Counted from the stretch's first letter, positions 1 through 9,843 are shown. The stretch is DNA of 27,103 nucleotides from Promethearchaeati archaeon (GCA_013166835.1 JABLTI010000065.1:1-27103); one strand, 5' to 3'. Numbers and translations: made by a program. Notes: generated by a model from the sequence alone, not told the origin.

Positions 1-110
1 TTTAATTCTTTATAATTCTCTATTTTTGCACCGCACTTGAAGCAGAACCCGTCGGCAGTTGTTACCGCTGTTCCGCAACTCACACAATATTTTTTGTCCA
101 AATCAATCAC
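1..110 (-). CDS. Zinc-ribbon domain protein, 5' part (runs off the window edge)
   Basis: Manual translation from GTG at 110 (or TTG at 101): MIDLDKKYCVSCGTAVTTADGFCFKCGAKIENYKEL..., two CxxC pairs typical of an N-terminal zinc ribbon. Not in the ORF track. Confidence 0.8.
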   Translation of the reverse strand, partial: MIDLDKKYCVSCGTAVTTADGFCFKCGAKIENYKEL

Positions 111-237
111 ATTCTCGTTTTAGTTACCACCGTAGTGGTGTATAGACATAGTCTAATCTCCTATTTAAACCATTTAAAATAAAAAAAAAGGAGAAATTAA
201 GAGTAAGAAAAGACAATTCTACTGAAAAAGAATTGAT

Positions 238-1226
238 CTAATTCCAAATAATATCTGTCTGTGTTCCACAGTTTTTACATAGGAAATCTTTTGTTAGGTT
301 TGTTGTGTTGGTAACATACCCGCTTCTTTTTACTACCAATGTTCCACAATTTTTACAGTGAGTATCATTACCTCGCTCGCCACGAATATTTCCTAAATAA
401 ACATACTGAACACCGGAACGAAGAGCCATATCTCTAGCTTTGAAAAGAGTATCAACAGGAGTTGCTGGGAGATCCACGTTATAATTCGGAAAGTATCGAG
501 AAAAGTGCAGAGGAACATCTGAACCAAGTTCAGTAACGACGAAATCGATTAGTTCTTGCAATTGTTCATCGGAATCATTCTTTGAGGTAACAATTAGATT
601 TGTTATTTCAAGGTGTACTTTTTGTTCTTTCATAATTTTGCAGGTTCTCAGAACGGCTTCTTGACGGGTAACACCACACATTTCCTTATAGAATCCCTTG
701 TCACCTTTCAAATCAACATTCGCACCGTCAATAAAAGGGAGTAGTTCTCTCAATGGTTCTTCTTCAATGTACCCATTTGTTACTAGGACATTTTTCAGTC
801 CTTTTTGATGAACGATTTTTGCAGTATCCAACACCCACTCATACCAAATCAAAGGTTCATTGTAAGTATAAGCAACAGTAGCACATCCAGATTGCACTGC
901 TTCCTTGGCAGCTTCTTTTGGCGATAGTTTTTTTAGACCATACAATTTTGACAGAATTGACAAAACAAATTACATCCAACCGTTCCATAACTATAAGCAC
1001 AACTACCTGGAAGAAAATGATACAGAGGTTTCTTCTCTATTGGATCCCTTGCCCCAGAAGTAGTTAACCCATAATTCGTAGAGTAGAGTTTTCCATCTGT
1101 ATTTATCCGAACATTGCATTTTCCTTTTTCACCTGGTTTTATTAGACAAAGATTCGGACATAATCTGCATTTCACTTTCGAATTTTTTTCTTCAGTGTAA
1201 TACATGGCATTGTGCAGATTAATCAT
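238..1226 (-). pseudogene. amrS: AmmeMemoRadiSam-type radical SAM enzyme, split by a frameshifting deletion near 942/943
   Basis: ORF 933..1232 carries CRLCPNLC...C, DPIEKKPLYHF and GCNLFCQFCQN. ORF 238..963 carries YTYNEP, LVTNGY, NVDLK, HFSRYFP, YVYLGN and C-terminal CxxC motifs. The usual WxISQ segment after CQN is missing. Likely start is ATG 1226. Confidence 0.85.
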
Positions 1227-1339
1227 ATACAAATTCCTCTAAGAGTACAAACATCGAAGTTGTTAATTAGTTAAACGGTTAGAAAATAAAAAGAAAAAAA
1301 GTTAGAATCCTTGAAGAAAATTTTTAAGAAGACAAAAAC

Positions 1340-3295
1340 CTAATTTCTGCGGTTTTTCTTGAGTTCTTTCTTTAATTTTTCATCAAGTTTCATTTCATAA
1401 TCTGTTATTCCTGCTTTGAACTTTTCAACAATACCTGAGTCATCCTTCACAAGTGCTGTTTCAAGAACTTCCCAGAATCTAGTAACGGGAACAATTTTTA
1501 CTTGGTCTTTCTTGTCCGCACCAAGGACAATGTCGCTGTAGTTTGCTAAGGGAACAATAACAGTTTTTATGCCAGCTTCGATTGCTGCTTCTGTTTTGAA
1601 AGTAGCACCACCAATTGGTAATACTTCTCCTCGAATAGATAGAGAACCAGTCATTGCTATATCCTGTCGAACTGGAATATTTGTTAGAGCTGAAACGACT
1701 GCAGTAGCAACAGACACACTTGCACTATCACCTTCAATTCCTTCGTAAGATTGCAGAAATTGAACGTGAACATCATGCCGAGAAAGATCAATACCAGTGT
1801 ATTTTTTAATAATTGCACTAACATTTAGAACAGATTCTTGGGCAATTTCACCCAATTTACCTGTAGCAATAATCTTTCCTTCTTGGCTACTGAGGGCGGG
1901 AGTTACTTCTGCTTCAACATTCATAACAATACCACTACGGTCACCCATGACTGCTAAAGCATTAACTCTACCAGTAATGGCTCCTTCATTTAGAATAATT
2001 TGATAGGATCGCCTATCAGCTATGAATTTTTCAGCAAGCTGTTGTTCTAATGGTCCTGCAAGAGTTTTAGCAGCAGTAACATGATCAACATTTACAACAG
2101 TTGCATTTTTTTCTCTAGCAACATCGCCAGCTGCACGAATTAATCCACCCATATCTCTAAACATTAAGGTTAAACCGTGTTTCCTTTTTGCTCGACGTCT
2201 AAATTCTCGGATAATTTCCTCAACTGCTTCTTTTGTAAAGTGTGGGATTCTGCCATCCTTTGATACTTCTTGAGCAACAAATCTCACTATTTTGTTTCGG
2301 TTTTCAAGGGTGTCAGGCATGTCTAAGTCCATATATACTTCATATCCATACCCACGAATTCGTGATCGAAGAGCTGGATGCATATTTGCCATAGTCGGCA
2401 AATTACCAGCGGCAATAAGTATGAAATCACAAGGAACAGGATCTGTTCGTACCATTGCACCACTGCTGAGCTCGCTTTGACCGGTTATTTGGAATTCTTT
2501 TTCTTGCATTGCTGTGAGTAATTGTTGTTGGGTTCTCATACCAAGAGTGCTAATTTCATCACAAAAGAGAACACCTTTGTGGGATTTATGAATAAGTCCG
2601 GATTCCACCCGTTCATGTGCAGGAGTTCCTAAACCACCAGATTGGAAAGGATCATGGCGTACGTCTCCTAAGAGAGCTCCAGCATGAGCACCAGTAGCAT
2701 CATTGAAAGGTGCATGAGTTTGTTGACTTGTATCAACAAGTAACTTCGGTACCAGGTTTTCAGACCGACTCCGTAATTGATTCATTATAAGGAATGAGAA
2801 GAACGAAACAAAGAGTCCCATTAAAACCAGTGTTGGTCGGCTATCAGGGTCGCTTAAAGGAACAAAAATTACATACAACATAACAGCTAATGGAATAATT
2901 AAACTAATGATCATTCGCAAGTTCTGCCCTTTAGCTGATTTCTCAGTATAACGATCAATAATACGTCGACCTTCTCCAGAACCAATAGTAACTATTTTTG
3001 GAGTATTTGGATCTTTTCGATTAGGAACACAAAGAATGTCTTCAAGATCCTCTCGAGGTAACAACTCTGCCATAGCTGCTCCAAGCATACTCTTTCCAGT
3101 TCCGGGTTCCCCAATTAAAAGCACATTCCTTCTTTGAATGGCTGCTTTCTTCACCAAGTCAACAGCTCGCTGTTGCCCCAAAACTTGATCAATGAGACGA
3201 GTTGGAACCGGAATCTCTGCAGTAGTTTTAATGCTAACATCAATTAATGGTTCATCTTTTGCTGTGTCAACTTTTTTTGTAGCAGATTTGGTCAT
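1340..3295 (-). CDS. lonB: Archaeal membrane-anchored ATP-dependent Lon protease (LonB)
   Basis: Walker A GEPGTGKS, two TM segments inserted in the AAA+ domain, DVRHDPFQSGG, Walker B LFCDEI, catalytic Ser in EGDSAS and Lys in GGATFK. Confidence 0.96.
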   Translation of the reverse strand: MTKSATKKVDTAKDEPLIDVSIKTTAEIPVPTRLIDQVLGQQRAVDLVKKAAIQRRNVLLIGEPGTGKSMLGAAMAELLPREDLEDILCVPNRKDPNTPKIVTIGSGEGRRIIDRYTEKSAKGQNLRMIISLIIPLAVMLYVIFVPLSDPDSRPTLVLMGLFVSFFSFLIMNQLRSRSENLVPKLLVDTSQQTHAPFNDATGAHAGALLGDVRHDPFQSGGLGTPAHERVESGLIHKSHKGVLFCDEISTLGMRTQQQLLTAMQEKEFQITGQSELSSGAMVRTDPVPCDFILIAAGNLPTMANMHPALRSRIRGYGYEVYMDLDMPDTLENRNKIVRFVAQEVSKDGRIPHFTKEAVEEIIREFRRRAKRKHGLTLMFRDMGGLIRAAGDVAREKNATVVNVDHVTAAKTLAGPLEQQLAEKFIADRRSYQIILNEGAITGRVNALAVMGDRSGIVMNVEAEVTPALSSQEGKIIATGKLGEIAQESVLNVSAIIKKYTGIDLSRHDVHVQFLQSYEGIEGDSASVSVATAVVSALTNIPVRQDIAMTGSLSIRGEVLPIGGATFKTEAAIEAGIKTVIVPLANYSDIVLGADKKDQVKIVPVTRFWEVLETALVKDDSGIVEKFKAGITDYEMKLDEKLKKELKKNRRN

Positions 3296-3601
3296 TTTAA
3301 TCTCTCAATTATAATAATAATTTACTGTGCGATCGCTTCTTTCTTTTGAAAGAATAAAGACAATGTCATTTCTCTAATGATTATTAGAGCCCTTTTCTTT
3401 TAAAGACTAACAATCACTTTGATTTTCCATTTGCCTATTTTCTTGTTCTCTTAATGGTATTCTGCTGAGTATAATAAAAACTCTACTAAAATGATGATTA
3501 TTCTTCTTAGTAATTGCTTTCTTTTTATCCCTTTCTTCCTGTAAAGGGGAAATTCAAGACTAATGTAAACCTTTTAAGTTGATATCGATAAACCGTTGAG
3601 T

Positions 3602-3622
3602 TGAGCACTGCAGTTGTGCTCA
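3602..3622. promoter_or_regulatory. Inverted repeat TGAGCAC-N7-GTGCTCA upstream of the solute-binding protein gene
   Basis: Perfect 7-bp arms, about 25 nt downstream of a TATA-like TTTTAAG (3572-3578). Confidence 0.45.
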
Positions 3623-3676
3623 TATTAGGAAAAAAACCAATTCAATTATGTATATATGAATTTTTTGGTGACTAAG

Positions 3677-5551
3677 ATGAAAATTACAAAAAGTAAAACA
3701 TTAATCCTTGTAGGGGTTTTTATTACTCTTTTTGTTTTTAGCTCCGTAGGAGTACAACCAATAAAGACTGATGCAGCAGAGCCTGTGTTTTCTTTAGTGG
3801 CAAAGACAAATGGAGGAGGAGTTAGACCAGATTATCTTAACTTCCTCAAACAACACCTAGCAAGAATTAGAATAAATTTAGATGTAATCGTACAAGATTG
3901 GCCAACCTTTGTTGGTGAATTAATTGCTTTTAGGGACTTCGACGTTTGTTATGTTAGTCTAACTGGTGGCGGTGCAGACCCAGATTTCACTGGTGTCTAC
4001 GATGAAAACGCCTCACTCAACCTGTTTGGTTATCATACCAGTATGGACTGGGATGATGATAAAGATACTGGCCTTAATGAATGGTATATGAAGGAAGGCA
4101 CCTTAATTATGCCTCCAGACTCAGAAGAACGTGTACAACACTACTGGGCATGGCAACAATATTTCATGGATAAAATATGTCCTATGGCTCCAACATTTTC
4201 TCCAACAGGATATGGTGCACAATGGGCAAATTTGGTAGGGTATAATTATACTGATGGTATAGTTCCATCTTGGGGCAAAATGGATTTCGTTGGAACCCAC
4301 GCTGGTCAAGTTAATGCTGACGAATTAGTTAGAGTAGATGCTGCTTGGTCAGATTTCAATCCATTATTCCAAGATGATACTTCCTCAAGTTTCATTAGTA
4401 ATGCAGCACTAGACACTTTGATTACTTATGATGCAGATCTCAGCGTCTGGCCTAACTTAGCAGAGAGCTACACAATGTTAAACGATACTTGGTTAAGAAT
4501 AACAGCAAGACAAGGCATTCCTTGGGGAGATGATCCCGACGGATTGTTCCTCAGTGAAGAATTCGATATTTATGACGTTTACTTCACATTATATGCTTGG
4601 AAACACGTATCAAATGACCAACACTTATGGAATTGGGTTGAAGATATGGAAATCATCGATCAATGGACTATGGATATTTTCATTGATGGTGATGATTCAA
4701 CTCCTGAGAATGAACCATTCGCTCCGTTCCTACCAAGCCTTTGGACAAATATTCTTCCTGAACACTATTTGAATCAAACTCAATTAGCAGATGGAGTAAC
4801 TCCAGATATCACACATCCATCTTGGAATACTTTTGCAACTAACGTATTCGGTACTGATCTCTTCGAGATAAGCTCCTTTACAGAAGGTGTAGAAACTGTA
4901 CTCTCTCTAAAGACTGATTGTTGGAAATTCGATCCCGTTGTAACAGCTGATCCAGATTTGAACTGGGATGAAAGATTCGGTATCGTTACTGGTTGGGATG
5001 GTTTACATACCATAAGAATCAGAATTATGCCTGACCAACAAACCCAACTACTCGAATTTGAGGCAGGTAAGATTGATCTTATTCCTATTACCTGGAACCC
5101 AGACAAAAGAGACGAATATTTGGCAGATCCAGACTTTTCAGTACAATCTGATACACTATACGGTTTTGGTTTCTTCGGATTCAATATGCGAGAAGTGAGA
5201 CCAGTTATTGGCAGTCGTGCAGAAGCTCCACTTGATCCAACACTCACAGTTGGTCTTTGTGTAAGAAAAGCAATTGCTTTTGCTATTGACAGATTCGAAA
5301 TCAACAATGTTATTCATAGAGGTGAATACACAATCAGTGATACACCAATGTATCCAAAAATGGGTGTTTGGAATAATCCAAATATCATTCGCTACAACCA
5401 CGATATAGACAAAGCAAGATACTATATGACAGTAGCCGGTTATGATGTGGATTATACAATTGAAACCCCAGGCTTTGGCTTATGGATAACACTCTCTTCA
5501 TTAGTCGCAGTGGCAACTATTTCTTTGATCTTTATTAGAAAGAAAAAATAG
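3677..5551 (+). CDS. ABC transporter family-5 (OppA/DppA-like) solute-binding protein, circularly permuted, with N-terminal signal and PGF-CTERM-like C-terminal anchor
   Basis: Family-5 motifs FNPL, PNLAESY, DVYFT, EAGKID, VRKAIAFAIDR, DIDKAR..AGY, RDFD, DPD, EERV. C-terminus is TPGF + TM + RKKK. Start set at ATG 3677, which follows GGTG. Confidence 0.88.
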   Translation: MKITKSKTLILVGVFITLFVFSSVGVQPIKTDAAEPVFSLVAKTNGGGVRPDYLNFLKQHLARIRINLDVIVQDWPTFVGELIAFRDFDVCYVSLTGGGADPDFTGVYDENASLNLFGYHTSMDWDDDKDTGLNEWYMKEGTLIMPPDSEERVQHYWAWQQYFMDKICPMAPTFSPTGYGAQWANLVGYNYTDGIVPSWGKMDFVGTHAGQVNADELVRVDAAWSDFNPLFQDDTSSSFISNAALDTLITYDADLSVWPNLAESYTMLNDTWLRITARQGIPWGDDPDGLFLSEEFDIYDVYFTLYAWKHVSNDQHLWNWVEDMEIIDQWTMDIFIDGDDSTPENEPFAPFLPSLWTNILPEHYLNQTQLADGVTPDITHPSWNTFATNVFGTDLFEISSFTEGVETVLSLKTDCWKFDPVVTADPDLNWDERFGIVTGWDGLHTIRIRIMPDQQTQLLEFEAGKIDLIPITWNPDKRDEYLADPDFSVQSDTLYGFGFFGFNMREVRPVIGSRAEAPLDPTLTVGLCVRKAIAFAIDRFEINNVIHRGEYTISDTPMYPKMGVWNNPNIIRYNHDIDKARYYMTVAGYDVDYTIETPGFGLWITLSSLVAVATISLIFIRKKK

Positions 5552-5570
5552 CCCCAAAGTGTAATCGTAA

Positions 5571-5610
5571 AGCAGGGAGTCCTCTCCCTGCTGCTCTTTC
5601 TCTTTTTTCT
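5571..5610 (+). terminator. GC-rich hairpin followed by a pyrimidine/T tract
   Basis: AGCAGGGAG-TCCT-CTCCCTGCT (5571-5592), then gctctttctctttttt, 20 nt after the stop codon. Confidence 0.65.
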
Positions 5611-5757
5611 TAGTTAATTCTTCTTTTTGTTAGATTTGAGGGAATCTTTAGAATATTTTCGCCTATCTCTCTAACAAAAACTAAAAGGAAGAAATTTATG
5701 AAGTCGAATTAAACTATATTATTAAATCACAAGAAGAAGAACAATAACTAGGCTTAG

Positions 5758-5778
5758 TTTCTCGAGAGTCTCGAGAAA
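5758..5778. promoter_or_regulatory. 21-bp palindrome TTTCTCGAGA-G-TCTCGAGAAA upstream of nreA
   Basis: Perfect 10-bp arms, each containing the self-complementary TCTCGAGA. Confidence 0.5.
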
Positions 5779-5822
5779 AATATGAAATTACTGTTAACAG
5801 TGTGTTTTGCTTGTCAAATGGT

Positions 5823-7076
5823 ATGAATATGTCCACTTCTCCTTCCGAGGTCAATCGTAATCTTTGTCAGCGATGTCAAGGGTTTAGAAATCTGTGCGAC
5901 AAGGGGATATGTCCTATTCTTGTGAAAGCAAAGTCCATAGCTGATATCCAGAAAACTTTCTCTAAAACTGATTTTTTTGGTGCCTCTCCACCAGGATTTT
6001 TTGTGGGAGAATATGGCTATCCAAAAGTTTCTATTGGGCCATTAGTACCACCTATTGCTTCTGAAGACACTTCAATCTATGATGCTGAAGAAAAATGGAT
6101 CTTCAAAACTATGGATGAAATAATCGGTTACCGAACATCACTTGTTAGAGGAAAAAAGAGATTCAGTGTGAAGAACGCTCGTGAACCTGATAAGATGCTA
6201 GAATTAACTCAAGAATTAGTGATGTCGAGTAAACCTGTTGATACTGAAATGTCTTTTATTAAAAGACCTAAACTTGATATTGACTTTTCTCCTCGTATTG
6301 CCCCTTCTGGTCCATCAGGGAATATTAAGAAAGCGAGATTAACTGAAAATCCGAAAATACCACGTATTGTTGATAAAATAGTAAGTGATACTGATTTGAA
6401 AGCAGTTGGGGGAATCACCAAACTCCATGATGATAAACTGAATCAAAGACACATCACTCGCTTACTCTCTGCAGGTTTATTTGGAGTGAAAAAGAATCGT
6501 CGATTAGTTCCTACAACCTGGTCGATCACAGCAGTTGATGACATTCTTGGGAAAAGGTATTGGAAACAAATTTTGAAACAAAAATGGCTTGAAGAAGTTC
6601 GTGTTTTCAGTCATAAAGCATTAGGCAATCTTGTGCTTATTCTCATGTATCCATCCGCTTGGATGTATGAGGTTTTTGAATATTGGTTAATTGGAACTAG
6701 TGATGCTATGGCAATTGACTGGGAAACTTGGAGGGGGAGAAAAACGTATGCAAAAGATGTTGCTGGAGCATACTACTGCACCAGATTACAAGTTTTAGAG
6801 TACCTTGATTATATTCAAAGACAAGCGGGATGCTTTGTTTACCTTCAAGTGGATAAGGAATGGATACCAACTGGTGTTTGGCGATTCCGAGAAATAGCGA
6901 AAGAAGCTCTGAAGCAAGTCCCCTTGAAGTTTGAAACTTTAGAACAAGCATTTGTACAAGTTAAGAAAATGTTAGATTATCCTCTCGAGAAGATTATGGA
7001 AAGAAGTAACACGCTAAAAATCATTAAATCACAAAGAACTCTCGAGGATTTCTTCCCCAAAGATATTCACGGTTAA
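5823..7076 (+). CDS. nreA: Nre-family archaeal DNA repair protein
   Basis: N-terminal CxxC..C..C zinc site, GASPPGFFVG.YGYPKV, RRLVPTTWSITAVD and a C-terminal PCNA-binding PIP box QRTLEDFF. Start likely ATG 5823 or 5829. Confidence 0.92.
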   Translation: MNMSTSPSEVNRNLCQRCQGFRNLCDKGICPILVKAKSIADIQKTFSKTDFFGASPPGFFVGEYGYPKVSIGPLVPPIASEDTSIYDAEEKWIFKTMDEIIGYRTSLVRGKKRFSVKNAREPDKMLELTQELVMSSKPVDTEMSFIKRPKLDIDFSPRIAPSGPSGNIKKARLTENPKIPRIVDKIVSDTDLKAVGGITKLHDDKLNQRHITRLLSAGLFGVKKNRRLVPTTWSITAVDDILGKRYWKQILKQKWLEEVRVFSHKALGNLVLILMYPSAWMYEVFEYWLIGTSDAMAIDWETWRGRKTYAKDVAGAYYCTRLQVLEYLDYIQRQAGCFVYLQVDKEWIPTGVWRFREIAKEALKQVPLKFETLEQAFVQVKKMLDYPLEKIMERSNTLKIIKSQRTLEDFFPKDIHG

Positions 7077-7098
7077 AAAAAGAAAAAGATAAGGAAGA

Positions 7099-8673
7099 TT
7101 ATTTCTTCCTCTTCTTACTCATTCTGTAAGATTTCGCTTGAACCATATCAGCTGAACGAGTAGCACCTGCTTCTTCCTCAGCCATGATTTCATCCATCTC
7201 TTCTAATTCATCGTCAAGATAGGCTTGTGCTGCTTTAGCTGCGGGAGCAGCTCTTGCTAAAGTTTGTCGCATATCAGCCATCATTTCTTTGCTTTTCTTA
7301 CGATCATTTTGCATGACTTGTGCTGCACGCTGAACAGTATATCCTGCGATTAAATCAGCATCGAGACTCTTTTCAAGCTCTTCTTTTATTTCAGATACTT
7401 CTAGTTCTTCTTCAATAACCCTAATTCGCTCATTATCGTCTTCGTCTTTGTAACGAATTTGGACTTGAACTGGAACTTTCTTGCGATCCTTGACACTCTT
7501 CTTTGGTTTGAATTCAAACGCTATAGAACGTGATTTAGTTAAACCACCGAGAGAGATATCATCTCCTCGTTTATAATCCAATTCTCTTGTTCCTGCTCCA
7601 CTTACTGTGGATAATTCGATTTCATCTGGAACAATAAGTTTGATTCGAGCATTGCGTCCAATGATTTCATCACCAGCAATCATACCAAAGCTGTCTTGAA
7701 GTTCCGATAAATCAGCATAGAATAAGTCTCCACCAGTAATTTCTGGCATGAGAGCCAAGGTCTTTAATTCAAGTGATCCTTGACCGGCTATTCCAACAAT
7801 ATCTAGAACGATACCGCTATCCTTCAATGCATTGCCAATCATTGTGTAGAATTTCTTCCCTTCTGGAGATGCTCCGGAAAGACTTCCGATTCCCTCATTA
7901 GCCATTCCATCTGTAAGAAGCAATACTCTACCTGTGCCAGCTACTAATGACATAATTCTTGCAGCTACGACTGCAGGGCCTAAGGCAGTAGAACTTAAGG
8001 CTTGCATTTTTTGAATGGTTCTTTGCCATTCCTTACCAGTAGATTTGATGGTCATCTTTGGTAACTGTTTCTTTACCCAGCTATTATTTGTAACTTCTTT
8101 CTCAATGGCTTTTACATCATATAGGATGTCGCCACCCAACACTAGAACTACTTCCCCATCTGGAGAATAAATTCGTAAGTTGCTTTCAAAAGTTACAAGA
8201 CCAAATAAAGCATCAGCTTTTGTTTTACCATATGCTTTGAGTGTTGATACAAGACTTTGTTTTACACCCTCAATCTTTGCACCACCCATTGAACCTGAGA
8301 CATCAAGAGCAGCAATCAAGGAATTACCTTTCTGAATTCCTTTGCCAAAGTCAGGTTTGGTAGTATCAGGAGGTATCAACCACCCGGAATAGGCATTTAT
8401 GTTGTGCGGTAAGTCTTTTGGATCGACCACATTGACTGTCCCACAGAATTGACAGTTAAAAAATGTGCCAACTTTTGCATCAGTTTGTACATCTTTGACG
8501 TTTGTTAAGATTGCTCCGCAATTGGAGCAGATAATAGGTTTCCCCTTTATCTCGTCTTTCGTTTCCTCAAATTCACTAAAGGAAACTTCACCAACAAGAG
8601 GAATATCCTTCAATAGTTTCTCCGACGCGGGAATTTTGTCTCCGGTGGAGAATTTCATGTGTTTATTCATCAT
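7099..8673 (-). CDS. Zn-finger + vWA protein of Sec23/Sec24-like architecture
   Basis: CSNCGA...CQFCGTVN Zn finger, vWA domain with DVSGS, TALGPA, LLTDG and TGG, then a beta-rich region and helical tail. Start uncertain (8673/8670/8658). Confidence 0.8.
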   Translation of the reverse strand: MMNKHMKFSTGDKIPASEKLLKDIPLVGEVSFSEFEETKDEIKGKPIICSNCGAILTNVKDVQTDAKVGTFFNCQFCGTVNVVDPKDLPHNINAYSGWLIPPDTTKPDFGKGIQKGNSLIAALDVSGSMGGAKIEGVKQSLVSTLKAYGKTKADALFGLVTFESNLRIYSPDGEVVLVLGGDILYDVKAIEKEVTNNSWVKKQLPKMTIKSTGKEWQRTIQKMQALSSTALGPAVVAARIMSLVAGTGRVLLLTDGMANEGIGSLSGASPEGKKFYTMIGNALKDSGIVLDIVGIAGQGSLELKTLALMPEITGGDLFYADLSELQDSFGMIAGDEIIGRNARIKLIVPDEIELSTVSGAGTRELDYKRGDDISLGGLTKSRSIAFEFKPKKSVKDRKKVPVQVQIRYKDEDDNERIRVIEEELEVSEIKEELEKSLDADLIAGYTVQRAAQVMQNDRKKSKEMMADMRQTLARAAPAAKAAQAYLDDELEEMDEIMAEEEAGATRSADMVQAKSYRMSKKRKK

Positions 8674-8772
8674 AATCACTGACCCTTTACTTTTCTCTTC
8701 ATATATAAAGACATTCAAATTGGATTTCCACTAAAAAAATGATTTTAAGAGGGTAAAAGCAGAAAAAGTAAA

Positions 8773-9828
8773 CTAATCCTCACCTGGCTTTAATTCACCG
8801 ATAATACGAAGTAGTCTTGTTATTATTTTGAGAAGTTCAGCTTTTTTCGCAGTAATCGGTATTTGCTCATTTCGTGCTGCGATAATGAGTTCATTGAAAG
8901 CATTCCTCAAGAATTTTTTTGAAGCTATAGATCCTGAAATATTTAATAAACGAGATCGAATTGTTTGAATAATCTCATAGGTTTTTAGGGAAAGAATACC
9001 TTGTTCGCGCTTCAAGGCATAGAGCTCTTTTCCAGTATCAAAACTTAGTGCTTCTTGCTGTTTCAATTTTACTTTTAATTCTTCAAAAGGTGTTTCTAAA
9101 ACTTCAAACAAGAATGCCCCAGGAATCTTTGTAATAAGCAGATTGTAATCTTTTGTTAGGGGGTTCAATTGTTGATAATGCTTTTTGCTTAGGAGAATAG
9201 TAATTTTTTCTTTAGCTAATTCTTCGCTTGGAATTAATTCATCTAGAGTTTCTTCATGAATTTCTAGATCTAATCGATCCTGATCAGGAATGAATTCGTC
9301 TTTTAATTCTTCATCCTCTTCCTGTTCTTTTTGCATAAGAAATCTTGTTCGATAATAATCCAAATCTTCTTCCCATTCGTCAGTGTCTACAAAAACAATC
9401 TCAGTAAGAAGATTTTGGACCAAATCGCGCATATCACTTACAGCATCGCTTAATAGTTGCTCTTTAAAGCTTAAAAATTTCAAAGCTAAATCTTCTTTTT
9501 CTCGAATTAAGATATCCATCTTTTCTTTTAGATAAGCCAAAGCGTCGCCAGAAGTTTGATCTGTTTCTCGTAAACTAAAGACTACCCTCTTTGTTTCAGT
9601 AAGTTGTCTTCCCCTTTTCTTAGTGGTTAAGAGCTCCTCATGAAACTTTGTACGAATTTCTAGTTCTTTCGAAAAGACCTCTAAATATTGCTTAAGAGCT
9701 TCTGCTTGCTTGTTGGTTAGTGGTGTTTGTTCTTGTTGTGATTCAGATAATATTGCCTTAATTTTGGAGGACGTGAATAAGATAATTCGATGGGAATCCT
9801 GTCCCTTTTTCTGGGTTCGTTTGAACAA
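8773..9828 (-). CDS. Hypothetical alpha-helical/coiled-coil protein
   Basis: 351-codon ORF with TTG start preceded by GGTGG, 15 nt downstream of the permease stop. No recognised motif. Confidence 0.75.
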   Translation of the reverse strand: MFKRTQKKGQDSHRIILFTSSKIKAILSESQQEQTPLTNKQAEALKQYLEVFSKELEIRTKFHEELLTTKKRGRQLTETKRVVFSLRETDQTSGDALAYLKEKMDILIREKEDLALKFLSFKEQLLSDAVSDMRDLVQNLLTEIVFVDTDEWEEDLDYYRTRFLMQKEQEEDEELKDEFIPDQDRLDLEIHEETLDELIPSEELAKEKITILLSKKHYQQLNPLTKDYNLLITKIPGAFLFEVLETPFEELKVKLKQQEALSFDTGKELYALKREQGILSLKTYEIIQTIRSRLLNISGSIASKKFLRNAFNELIIAARNEQIPITAKKAELLKIITRLLRIIGELKPGED

Positions 9829-9843
9829 ATTAGACCACCAACT

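Noticed and set aside
126-155. Two short dyads (ACCAC-N4-GTGGT, TAGAC-N3-GTCTA) and partial similarity to 17904-17917
   Set aside because: Five-bp arms and a ~14-nt match are too short to support a call.
928-935. A7 run in amrS as a programmed frameshift site
   Set aside because: The upstream frame stops at the start of the run, and slippage would not restore the missing WxISQ segment.
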